Shown: positions 50,941-63,278 of the stretch, piece by piece | How the letters are laid out: each line of letters starts with the position of its first letter | How positions within the stretch are numbered: the first letter of the stretch is position 1 | From: Pecten maximus | Lineage: Eukaryota | Direction of reading: 5' to 3' | NCBI RefSeq assembly: GCF_902652985.1 | Contig: NC_047030.1 | Span: forward strand, 29,078,001-29,142,000 | DNA: 64,000 bases | The notes under the pieces: model-generated | Told to the model about the DNA's origin: nothing | What the model saw: only the letters and a program-made list of their open reading frames with translations | Database searches by the model: none | Made by a program: the position numbers and the translations under genes

Positions 50941-53900
50941 GTACGGCTGGCCGTAAGTGTTATAACATAATTATCTCCCTTTGTTTCTCTTCAGCTTTAT
51001 GCGTGTGAAGGGAGCACTATACATACTCTGTCCCAGGGGTTGCCAGGATGCAGGTTTTCTGCATCTTTGACACAAGCTAATTAAAATATAACTCCACTGG
51101 GACCTTTAAAAACAATTTATTTCATCACATGGGACGCAAGAAAATACAAAATACTTTAACAGATTTCCTTTATTGACCGTACATGTACATATATTCCATA
51201 TCAAATTAATATATGCTTCTTTAACAATATAGATTTGGTTATAATTATATGCTGGTGCTGGGGGAGGTAAAATATCCAAATCACGAGAAAAAAGACTGTT
51301 TCTGGTCTGGTAAGGGCCTATCTGATGTGTTTTATTTTCTGGTCTGGTAAGGGCCTACCTGATGTGTTTTATTTTCTGGTCTGGTAAGGGCCTATCTGAT
51401 GTGTTTTATTTTCTGGTCTGGTAAGGGCCTACCTGATGTGTTTTATTTTCTGTTTTGTGATAGGTGCAACAGTCTGGCCAGCCACAGACATCCATGCATT
51501 CTGTATCGAATATGGGAACCTCAAATTCTGTAGCGATGACTTCCATGGCAACCAATACTATGGCCACCATGGTGGCAGCAGGTATAAGAAACCCTATTCC
51601 ACAGGTTCAGGTCATTCCTCAGATGCACAGTCCGCCGTATATATCACAGTTCCCGTACAACCAACAACAGATCATGCTTCAGAATGCGGCAATGCAGGGT
51701 AATTGTATAAGCTTAATAAAAGTATGTTCCAGTAGACTTGGCTCTAAATGAGTTTGTAGTAGGGCAGTGCAAGAATTGTGTGTAAGCTGTCGGTGCCAAA
51801 ATGGTAGCTCCAACTTTATGCTCCCCAATTGTTGAATCGCTTTGAGGCAGTTATATGTTGGTGTGATATAGTTTTATATTAATCTACGAAACTTTGTTCA
51901 GAGATCTTATCTGGTAGCCCCTGTTCACAGATCGTATCTGGTAGTCCCTGTTCAGAGATCATATCTGGTAGTCCCTGTTCAGAGATCATATCTGGTAGCC
52001 CCTGTTCACAGATCTTATCTGGTAGTCCCTGTTCACAGATCTTATCTGGTAGTCCCTGTTCACAGATCTTATCTGGTAGCCCCTGTTCAGAGATCATATC
52101 TGGTAGTCCCTGTTCAGAGATCTTATCTGGTAGTCCCTGTTCACAGATCTTATCTGGTAGCCCCTGTTCAGAGATCATATCTGGTAGTCCCTGTTCACAG
52201 ATCTTATCTGGTAGCCCCTGTTCAGAGATCATATCTGGTAGCCCCTGTTCACAGATCTTATCTGGTAGCCCCTGTTCAGAGATCATATCTGGTAGTCCCT
52301 GTTCACAGATCTTATCTGGTAGTCCCTGTTCACAGATCTTATCTGGTAGCCCCTGTTCAGAGATCTTATCTGGTAGCCCCTGTTCAGATATCTTATCTGG
52401 TAGTCCCTGTTCACAGATCTTATCTGGTAGCCCCTGTTCAGAGATCTTATCTGGTAGTCCCTGTTCACAGATCTTATCTGGTAGTCCCTGTTCACAGATC
52501 TTATCTGGTAGTCCCTGTTCAGAGATCTTATCTGGTAGTCCCTGTTCACAGATCTTATCTGGTAGTCCCTGTTCACAGATCTTATCTGGTAGCCCCTGTT
52601 CAGAGATCTTATCTGGTAGTCCCTGTTCACAGATCTTATCTGGTAGCCCCTGTTCACAGATCTTATCTGGTAGCCCCTGTTCACAGATCTTATCTGGTAG
52701 TCCCTGTTCACAGATCTTATCTGGTAGTCCCTGTTCACAGATCTTATCTGGTAGCCCCTGTTCAGAGATCATATCTGGTAGTCCCTGTTCAGAGATCATA
52801 TCTGGTAGTCCCTGTTCACAGATCTTATCTGGTAGTCCCTGTTTACAGATCTTATCTGGTAGTCCCTGTTCAGAGATCTTATCTGGTAGTCCCTGTTCAG
52901 AGATCATATCTGGTAGTCCCTGTTCACAGATCTTATCTGGTAGCCCCTGTTCAGAGATCTTATCTGGTAGTCCCTGTTCACAGATCTTATCTGGTAGCCC
53001 CTGTTCAGAGATCTTATCTGGTAGTCCCTGTTCACAGATCTTATCTGGTAGCCCCTGTTCATAGATCTTATCTGGTAGTCCCTGTTCAGAGATCTTATCT
53101 GGTAGCCCCTGTTCAGAGATCTTATCTGGTAGCCCCTGTTCACAGATCTTATCTGGTAGCCCCTGTTCAGAGATCATATCTGGTAGTCCCTGTTCAGAGA
53201 TCATATCTGGTAGTCCCTGTTCAGAGATCTTATCTGGTAGCCCCTGTTCAGAGATCTTATCTGGTAGTCCCTGTTCACAGATCTTATCTGGTAGTCCCTG
53301 TTCAGAGATCATATCTGGTAGCCCCTGTTCACAGATCTTATCTGGTAGTCCCTGTTCACAGATCATATCTGGTAGTCCCTGTTCACAGATCTTATCTGGT
53401 ATCCCCTGTTCACAGATCTTATCTGATAGTCCCTGTTCACAGATCTTATCTGGTAGCCCCTGTTCACAGATCTTATCTGGTAGTCCCTGTTCACAGATCA
53501 TATCTGGTAGTCCCTGTTCAGAGATCATATCTGGTAGTCCCTGTTCAGAGATCTTATCTGGTAGCCCCTGTTCACAGATCTTATCTGGTAGCCCCTGTTC
53601 ACAGATCTTATCTGGTAGCCCCTGTTCACAGATCTTATCTGGTAGCCCCTGTTCACAGATCTTATCTGGTAGCCCCTGTTCAGAGATCTTATCTGGTAGC
53701 CCCTGTTCAGAGATCTTATCTGGTAGCCCCTGTTCAGAGATCTTATCTGGTAGTCCCTGTTCAGAGATCTTATCTGGTAGCCCCTGTTCAGAGATCTTAT
53801 CTGGTAGCCCCTGTTCAGAGATCTTATCTGGTAGCCCCTTAAGTGGTCTCTTACTGAAGAACATTCTTGAAATAGCTACAGTTAACATGAAAGTGACTGC

Positions 53901-56900
53901 CACAGGGAATTTTAAAAGTGGTCTATAATATCAGAGTGAATTTCTAGGAGTGGTCTTTTTTATACACCCGGTAAAACTGTCAGGAGTACACTGCAGTGTT
54001 CCAGCTATAATCATGATATAAAATACTGTTTTTCTCAGTAACAATTGATTCCACTGTTTTTGGCAAAAGTTATTTCCCTTTGTTTATTTCAGTATTTAAT
54101 TTTTTGATTGGGGATCTCCTCCTTCAATTTTGCAACCAATTTCCTTTAAACTTAGTAGGCTTTATAATCATGATATCAATTTGTGTTCTGTAGTGAAAGA
54201 TGAGGATTGTAGCTGTCGACCCAACCACAAAATATGATAGAAATCTTATTTCATTGCATGATAATATATATTAACACTATGTGGCAATCAAGGGGTGTAT
54301 GTTGTTCAGCAATGTGGTACTATTGTTTTATTGGTTTATTGGAAAGTAAAAATAAACAATATTTCACGGGTAAAAAAACTATAAAGGTAATGAAATCAAA
54401 AAAGTTTACACAGATTAAAAATTATATGTAATGAAAATTAAGAGTTAAACTTAACTGTTTCAGCTGCCATGCAGGCTAGTGCTATGAACATGAACTTGAA
54501 CCCACAGCAACTTAACATGAACATGAACATGGCTGCCATGGCAATGCAGCGACAGCCACAGTCTGTCAATAACAACCTAAGCAGTCCTGGCAATCTCCTG
54601 TCACCAAGCCCAACAACCCCAACCCAGGTAAGTATCAGATATTTCTGCAGAAAGTTGTTTTAGCTGTTGGTCTGAAAATAACCCCAGTTGGTTGGTCATC
54701 AGCTTACCACATGTTTCTGAAATGTCAATACATGTATTTTTATCAAAGTGTATCGAATGCTTTATCAAATGGCATCAATCAAATTAAGAGTTCAAGCACA
54801 GGTAATCTAAACAAAAACAGAGATATACCAACAGATACCAACAAACTTATATATTTAGATACAATATGAAATGGCATCAAGTGAACGTTGATTGTTTGAA
54901 AATATGGCAAAATTCAAGATTACTGGTGCTGCATCTTCACATATTAGTAGTCATACCAAAGAAATATGTGATCTTATCAAACTAAGCCACTTGTTTTCTT
55001 CATAAGCTGATCTTGAGCAAGTCTTTCAGTCATGATAAGATATTTACTTTTCAGATGCTTGAATCACTAATTTTGTGTTTATAATGTTGACATTATTAAA
55101 TTAAAGTGTTTTATGTTTCAATTACAGCAAAACCCCGGAATGAATTTCAGCTCTGCAGTCACATCACAAGTGTCCAACAGCAATGTACAGTCATCAAATG
55201 GAAAAGGGAGTTCTAATGGAAACAAAGGGCAGACAACTGGGATGGGACAGATACAACAGGCACAGGCCACAGCTTTGGTTGGAGGGAAACCTATCATGCC
55301 TACACAGGGCATGCAGACTGGTGGACCTCAACCCTTGGTGCTGTCACAACTCAGTAAGTACCATCTTGTGTCACAAGTCTACACAGGATACAGACTGGTG
55401 GTCCTCAACCCTTGGTGCTGTCACAACTCAGTAAGTACCATCTTGTGTGTCAGTCTACACAGGACGTACAGACTGGTGGTCCTCACCCCTTGGTGCTGTC
55501 ACAAATCAGTAAGTACCGTCTTGTGTCACAAGTCTACACAGGATACAGACTGGTGGTCCTCAACCCTTGGTGCTGTCACAAATCAGTAAGTACCGTCTTG
55601 TGTCACAAGTCTACACAGGATACAGACATACAGACTGGTGGTCCTCAACCCTTGGTGTTGTCACAACTCAGTAAGTACCGTCTTGTGTCACAAGTCTACA
55701 CAGGATACAGACATACAGACTGGTGGTCCTCAACCCTTGGTGTTGTCACAACTCAGTAAGTACCGTCTTGTGTGTCAAGTCTACACCGGACGTACAGACT
55801 GGTGGTCCTCAACCCTTGGTGTTGTCACAACTCAGTAAGTACCGTCTTGTGTCACAAGTCTACACAGGACGTACAGACTAGTGGTACTCAACCCTTGGTA
55901 TTGTCACAACTCAGTAAGTACCGTCTTGTGTGTCAAGTCTACACAGGATACAGACGTACAGACTAGTGGTCCTCAACCCTTGGTGCTGTCACAACTCAGT
56001 AAGTACCGTCTTGTGTCACAAGTCTACACAGGATACAGACATACAGACTGGTGGTCCTCACCCCTTGGTGTTGTCACAACTCAGTAAGTACCATCTTGTG
56101 TCACAAGTCTACACAGGACGTACAGACTGGTGGTCCTCACCCCTTGGTATTGTCACAACTCAGTAAGTACCGTCTTGTGTCACAAGTCTACACAGGACGT
56201 ACAGACCGGTGGTCCTCAACCCTTGGTGCTGTCACAACTCAGTCAGTACCATCTTGTGTCACAAGTCTACACAGGACGTACAGACGTACAGACTGGTGGT
56301 CCTCAACCCTTTGTATTGTCACAACTCAGTAAGTACCATCTTGTGTGTCAGTCTACACCGGACGTACAGACTAGTGGTACTCAACCCTTGGTGTTGTCAC
56401 AACTCAGTAAGTACCATCTTGTGTCACAAGTCTACACAGGGCATGCAGACTGGTGGTCCTCAACCCTTGGTGTTGTCACAACTCAGTAAGTACCATCTTG
56501 TGTGTCAAGTCTACACAGGATACAGACGTACAGACTAGTGGTACTCAACCCTTGGTGTTGTCACAACTCAGTAAGTACCATCTTGTGTGTCAAGTCTACA
56601 CCGGACGTACCGACCGGTGGTCCTCAACCCTTGGTGTTGTCACAACTCAGTAAGTACCATCTTGTGTCACAAGTCTACACAGGATACAGACGTACAGACT
56701 GGTGGTCCTCAACCCTTTGTATTGTCACAACTCAGTAAGTACCATCTTGTGTCACAAGTCTACACAGGATACAGACGTACAGACTGGTGGTCCTCAACCC
56801 TTGGTATTGTCACAACTCAGTAAGTACCATCTTGTGTCACAAGTCTACACAGGATACAGACGTACAGACTGGTGGTCCTCAACCCTTTGTATTGTCACAA

Positions 56901-59900
56901 CTCAGTAAGTACCATCTTGTGTGTCAGTCTACACCGGACGTACAGACTAGTGGTACTCAACCCTTGGTGTTGTCACAACTCAGTAAGTACCATCTTGTGT
57001 CACAAGTCTACACAGGGCATGCAGACTGGTGGTCCTCAACCCTTGGTGTTGTCACAACTCAGTAAGTACCATCTTGTGTGTCAAGTCTACACAGGATACA
57101 GACGTACAGACTGGTGGTCCTCAACCCTTGGTGTTGTCACAACTCAGTAAGTACCATCTTGTGTGTCAAGTCTACACCGGACGTACCGACCGGTGGTCCT
57201 CAACCCTTGGTGTTGTCACAACTCAGTAAGTACCATCTTGTGTCACAAGTCTACACAGGATACAGACGTACAGACTGGTGGTCCTCAACCCTTTGTATTG
57301 TCACAACTCAGTAAGTACCATCTTGTGTCACAAGTCTACACAGGATACAGACGTACAGACTGGTGGTCCTCAACCCTTGGTATTGTCACAACTCAGTAAG
57401 TACCGTCTTGTGTCACAAGTCTACACAGGACGTACAGACTGGTGGTCCTCAACCCTTGGTATTGTCACAACTCAGTAAGTACCGTCTTGTGTGTCAGTCT
57501 ACACAGGATACAGACTGGTGGTCCTCAACCCTTTGTATTGTCACAACTCAGTAAGTACCGTCTTGTGTGTCAGTCTACACAGGATACAGACGTACAGACT
57601 GGTGGTCCTTAACCCTTGGTGTTGTCACAACTCAGTAAGTACCATCTTGTGTCACAAGTCTACACAGGATACAGACTGGTGGTCCTCAACTCTTGGTGTT
57701 GTCACAACTCAGTAAGTACCGTCTTGTGTCACAAGTCTACACAGGATACAGACATACAGACTGGTGGTCCTCAACCCTTGGTGCTGTCACAACTCAGTAA
57801 GTACCATCTTGTGTGTCAGTCTACACCGGACGTACAGACTAGTGGTACTCAACCCTTGGTGTTGTCACAACTCAGTAAGTACCGTCTTGTGTCACAAGTC
57901 TACACCAGACGTACCGACCGGTGGTCCTCAACCCTTGGTGTTGTCACAACTCAGTAAGTACCATCTTTTGTGTCAAGTCTACACAGGACGTACAGACTGG
58001 TGGTCCTCAACCCTTGGTGTTGTCACAACTCAGTAAGTACCGTCTTGTGTGTCAAGTCTACACCGGACGTACAGACTAGTGGTCCTCAACCCTTGGTGTT
58101 GTCACAACTCAGTAAGTACCGTCTTGTGTGTCAAGCCTACACAGGATACAGACATACAGACTGGTGGTCCTCAACCCTTGGTGTTGTCACAACTCAGTAA
58201 GTACCATCTTGTGTCACAAGTCTACACAGGATACAGACGTACAGACTGGTGGTCCTCAACCCTTTGTATTGTCACAACTCAGTAAGTACCGTCTTGTGTG
58301 TCAGTCTACACAGGATACAGACTGGTGGTCCTCAACCCTTTGTATTGTCACAACTCAGTAAGTACCATCTTGTGTGTCAAGTCTACACCAGACGTACAGA
58401 CTGGTGGTCCTCAACCCTTGGTGTTGTCACAACTCAGTAAGTACCGTCTTGTGTCATAAGTCTACACAGGACGTACAGACTGGTGGTCCTCACCCCTTGG
58501 TGTTGTCACAACTCAGTAAGTACCGTCTTGTGTGTCAAGTCTACACCGGACGTACAGACTAGTGGTCCTCAACCCTTGGTGTTGTCACAACTCAGTAAGT
58601 ACCATCTTGTGTGTCAGTCTACACCGGACGTACAGACTAGTGGTACTCAACCCTTGGTATTGTCACAACTCAGTAAGTACCGTCTTGTGTGTCAAGTCTA
58701 CACCGGACGTACAGACTAGTGGTCCTCAACCCTTGGTGTTGTCACAACTCAGTAAGTACCGTCTTGTGTGTCAAGTCTACACCGGACGTACAGACTGGTG
58801 GTCCTCAACCCTTGGTATTGTCACAACTCAGTAAGTACCGTCTTGTGTGTCAAGTCTACACCGGACGTACAGACTAGTGGTCCTCAACCCTTGGTGTTGT
58901 CACAACTCAGTAAGTACCGTCTTGTGTGTCAAGTCTACACAGGATACAGACTGGTGGTCCTCAACCCTTGGTGTTGTCACAACTCAGTAAGTACCGTCTT
59001 GTGTCACAAGTCTACACAGGATACAGACATACAGACTGGTGGTCCTCAACTCTTTATGTTGTCACAACTCAGTAAGTACCGTCTTGTGTGTCAGTCTACA
59101 CCGGACGTACAGACTAGTGGTACTCAACCCTTGGTATTGTCACAACTCAGTAAGTACCGTCTTGTGTGTCAGTCTACACAGGACGTACAGACTGGTGGTC
59201 CTCAACTCTTTATGTTGTCACAACTCAGTAAGTACCGTCTTGTGTGTCAGTCTACACAGGACGTACAGACTAGTGGTACTCAACCCTTGGTATTGTCACA
59301 ACTCAGTAAGTACCGTCTTGTGTGTCAGTCTACACAGGATACAGACGTACAGACTAGTGGTACTCAACCCTTGGTATTGTCACAACTCAGTAAGTACCAT
59401 CTTGTGTCACAAGTCTACACCGGACGTACAGACTAGTGGTACTCAACCCTTGGTATTGTCACAACTCAGTAAGTACCATCTTGTGTCACAAGTCTACACC
59501 GGACGTACAGACTAGTGGTACTCAACCCTTGGTATTGTCACAACTCAGTAAGTACCGTCTTGTGTGTCAGTCTACACAGGACGTACAGACTAGTGGTACT
59601 CAACCCTTGGTATTGTCACAACTCAGTAAGTACCGTCTTGTGTGTCAGTCTACACAGGACGTACAGACTAGTGGTACTCAACCCTTGGTATTGTCACAAC
59701 TCGGTAAGTACCGTCTTGTGTGTCAGTCTACACAGGATACAGACGTACAGACTAGTGGTACTCAACCCTTGGTATTGTCACAACTCAGTAAGTACCATCT
59801 TGTGTGTCAGTCTACACCGGACGTACAGACAAGTAACCAGTTAATTGACAAGCCTAGGCTGGTATGTAGCTAGTGAAAATTATAACAAACCCTGGCTCAC

Positions 59901-62900
59901 TTAACTAGGACCACTGGTTCACTAAACTAGGTCCACTGGCTCACTAAACTAGGACCACTGGCTCACTAAACTAGGACAACTGGTTCACTAAACTAGGACC
60001 ACTGGCTCACTAAACTAGGACCACTGGCTCACTAAACAAAGACCACTGGCTCACTAAACTAGGACCACTGGCTCACTAAACAAAGACCACTGGCTCACTA
60101 AACTAGGTCCACTGGCTCACTAAACTAGGACCACTGGTTCACTAAACTAGGACCACTGGCTCACTAAACTAGGACCACTGGCTCACTAAACAAGGACCAC
60201 TGGCTCACTAAACAAAGACCACTGGCTCACTTAACTAGGACAACTGGCTCACTAAACTAGGACCACTGGCGCACTAAACTAGGTCCACTGGCTCACTAAA
60301 CAAAGACCACTGGCTCACTAAACTAGAACCACTGGCTCACTAAACTAGGACCACTGGCTCACTAAACTAGGACCACTGGCTCACTAAACAAAGACCACTG
60401 GCTCACTAAACTAGAACCACTGGCTCACTAAACTAGGTCCACTGGCTCACTAAACAAAGACCACTGGCTCACTAAACAAAGACCACTGGCTCACTAAACT
60501 AGGTCCACTGGCTCACTAAACAAAGACCACTGGCTCACTAAACTAGGACAACTGGTTCACTAAACTAGGACCACTGGCTCACTAAACTAGGTCCACTGGC
60601 TCACTAAACAAAGACCACTGGCTCACTAAACTAGGACCACTGGCTCACTAAACTAGGACCACTGGCTCACTAAACTAGGTCCACTGGCTCACTAAACTAG
60701 GACCACTGGCTCACTAAACTAGGACAACTGGTTCACTAAACTAGGTCCACTGGCTCACTAAACTAGGACCACTGGCTCACTAAACTAGGACAACTGGTTC
60801 ACTTAACTAGGACAACTGGTTCACTAAACTAGGACCACTGGCTCACTAAACTAGGACCACTGGCTCACTTAACTAGGACCACTGGCTCACTAAACTAGGA
60901 CCACTGGCTCACTAAACTAGGACTACTGGCTCACTAAACTAGGACTACTGGCTCACTAAACTAGGACAACTGGCTCACTAAACTAGGACAACTGGTTCAC
61001 TTAACTAGGACCACTGGCTCACTTAACTAGGACAACTGGTTCACTTAACTAGGACCACTGGTTCACTAAACTAGGACCACTGGCTCACTTAACTAGGACC
61101 ACTGGCTCACTAAACTAGGACCACTAGCTCACTCTAACATTATCTCTATGCAATTTGATAGGAAGAAGCCAGTGTTTACTGGGGTTACATTCCAGACAAT
61201 GACCGAGATTAAAATATCAGGTTTAAAAGTCTTGTATCTTCCATTTCTTTGTAACTGTAATTACTGCTTGAATTATTATGCAGATATCCTTTTGATATGA
61301 CTAAGTTGTTTTCAAAGTCCATTCCAGAATATTGCAGCAATGGATAAAGTGTCGCCATATTGAAAAGATGGCAGTATCCCCTCCTAGTATACAAAGTGTA
61401 TCAGAATCAGTCGTCGTGTATTAATGAATGTTGTATAATACTGTGCTTAGATCTTACTTAACTGATTTTTAACATTTACAAATTTGTAGGTGTACTCCCG
61501 AACCCACCAGTGGCTAACACGCAGGGATTCGTTGCTGGACATGTAAGTTAATGTGCGATGTTAGTAGTATATGATAGGGCTGTACCAATATGCCTATGCT
61601 ATGATAACTCTGCCTAGTATATGATAGGGCTGTACCAATATGCCTATGCTATGATAACTCTGCCGAGTTGACCTTTTTTCAGAATTTATCAATATATAAT
61701 TAATTGAAATATCTATACAACGTGCAGATCTACGGAGTCATATTTAAATGAGGTTGTGGAAAAGATAACAAATTTTTTTCCATTTGAGGATAAAATTATT
61801 CTTGTTATATAAAAGCTACAACACAGATCAGGAATTTTTAATGTATTCATGTTTTGTGTGTTTATTTTTAGGAGAGTTTGGACTATTATTTACATAAAAA
61901 ATGTGGTTTAATTTTTCAGACCAAAGGACAGTCAATGTCTCTGAGCCAGGCTGGTCAGTCGCAGCTCATCAACACGCAGGCACCGATACGCTTCTCTCAA
62001 CCCCAGATTGTATCCAGTACTGGTCAGATAATCTCATCTCATGTCCAGCCCATGCTGGCCAATCAGGCAGTCCTTCAGGCCATGGCTAGTCTACAGCAAC
62101 AGGGCATTCCATTGGCTCATCAGCAGCTCCTCTCTGCTCCAGGCCAATCACCGACTATCTTATCAGCAGGACAGTCTTTGTTCCTAAGGCCTGCCAGCCA
62201 GATCCCAGCACAACAGGGTATGATGACTGCCACTGGTGTCCAGACAATCGGACCAACGATGAAGGGTGGTCGTATGGAGATGCCACAGAACTTACAGGTC
62301 AAGTCCAATCCCGGGTCAGTGGCCTTGTCAAAGCAGGCAGCTGGGGCTCAGTCAGCAGGCAAAGCTATCCTGCCGTCATTGGGGAAAAGTAATACTGCCA
62401 AAATTCCTCCAACTCAGATGGTTGGACAGCGGACAAAGCTATCTATACCAAGTCTGCCTCGTACACCAAAGGGCCGGCCACGAAACCAAAACAAGAGTAC
62501 AGCAGTAACGACGGCCACAGCTGCCACAAATACAGTGGCATCAGCTTTAAAGGCCACAGCTGCAGCAACAAGTCAATCAAAACCTGCCACACCCACAACT
62601 CAAGTTGTGAACCTGACCACACCAGCAAAGAGTCAGTCTGACTCAGAATTAGAAGCTGCAAAGAAAGTCACACCACTTGAAACATCTAGTAATGGAATCA
62701 CAGAGGTCAGCCAGGCAGAGGTCGGACCAAAGGTAAAGGTTTCATTGTTTATTATTTGAAAAGAAAGTGTTTCAACTTTGCAATACATGTACAGGTAATT
62801 TAAAATATGATTTTAATTTTATTTAATTTGTGAACCAATTTAGTGTCATAACTGCAGAAGCATATCTTGATTTCGATCAAACTAAGGTAGAGTTATAGAA

Positions 62901-63278
62901 AATGTTCAGATTGTATTTCAGTCAAGATTTAGATAATTATTGTTGGGTCACCTGTAAGGTCAAATCTATTTATTGTCATGTTCCACCTGTAAAATTTGTC
63001 AGAAATTTCCATTGCCAAAGATGTACTAAAATTGTGAATTATATGGAGAAAACTAAACTTGAAATTTTTATGATTTTAAGGAACTGCCCCCTTCAGATCC
63101 TCATCTGGTGAACTCAACAACAGACCAATCAGAAGACCAGATGGATACCAATGAAAAAGTGGAAACAGTCGCTGTAGCACCGATTGTGGTTGAGAAACAG
63201 CGGGCTATTGTAAAACCCCACATCCTCACCCACGTGATAGAGGGCTTTATCATACAGGAGGGACCTGAACCGTTCCCT
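50716..63278 (+). CDS. ph: Polyhomeotic-like Polycomb (PRC1) protein; 3'-partial, 7 coding exons in window
   Basis: 7 GT-AG exons join in frame (1914 nt); polyQ and Q/S/T-rich N-terminal region; AIVKPHILTHVIEGFIIQEGPEPFP is the Ph/PHC homology domain 1 (HD1). Confidence 0.9.
51298..51452. repeat. 37-bp tandem repeat x4 running into a ph acceptor
   Basis: tctggtctggtaagggcctatctgatgtgttttattt. Confidence 0.92.
51464..51698 (+). CDS. ph: ph exon (VQQSGQPQTSM...LQNAAMQ)
   Basis: tgatag acceptor, gtaatt donor, phase 0/1. Confidence 0.85.
51894..53839. repeat. 27-bp tandem repeat x~72
   Basis: ctgttca(c/g)agatc(t/a)tatctggtag(c/t)cc. Confidence 0.97.
54464..54627 (+). CDS. ph: ph exon (AAMQASAMNMNLNPQ...SPTTPTQ)
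   Basis: tttcag acceptor, gtaagt donor, phase 1/0. Confidence 0.87.
55128..55353 (+). CDS. ph: ph exon (QNPGMNFSS...GGPQPLVLSQL)
   Basis: ttacag acceptor, first gtaagt donor, phase 0/1. Confidence 0.85.
55300..59830 (+). repeat. ~76-85-bp tandem repeat x~56 made of a ph exon 3' end plus donor
   Basis: cagactggtggtcctcaacccttggtgttgtcacaactca|gtaagtaccatcttgtgtcacaagtctacacagga(ta/cgta). Confidence 0.96.
59893..61133. repeat. 22-bp tandem repeat x~56
   Basis: ggaccactggctcactaaacta. Confidence 0.96.
61490..61542 (+). CDS. ph: ph small exon (SVLPNPPVANTQGFVAGH)
   Basis: ttgtag acceptor, gtaagt donor; phase 1/0 is exactly what is needed to join its neighbours. Confidence 0.82.
61566..61664. 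repeat. ~50-bp perfect duplication x2
   Basis: tagtatatgatagggctgtaccaatatgcctatgctatgataactctgcc. Confidence 0.9.
61920..62732 (+). CDS. ph: ph large exon (TKGQSMSLSQ...EVGPK)
   Basis: tttcag acceptor, gtaaag donor, 813 nt open, Q/S/T/A-rich. Confidence 0.88.
63081..63278 (+). CDS. ph: ph exon carrying HD1 (ELPPSDPHLVN...KPHILTHVIEGFIIQEGPEPFP)
   Basis: tttaag phase-0 acceptor, gtaagt donor, HD1 motif. Confidence 0.88.

Noticed and set aside
51879-53903. 674-aa minus-strand ORF of (GLPDKISEQ)n
   Set aside because: Translation of a 27-bp stop-free monomer antisense in a ph intron; no unique domain and no supporting gene structure.
55412-59873. Dozens of short ORFs suggesting a tandem gene family
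   Set aside because: They are frames of the donor-spanning satellite; unit lengths vary by non-multiples of three.
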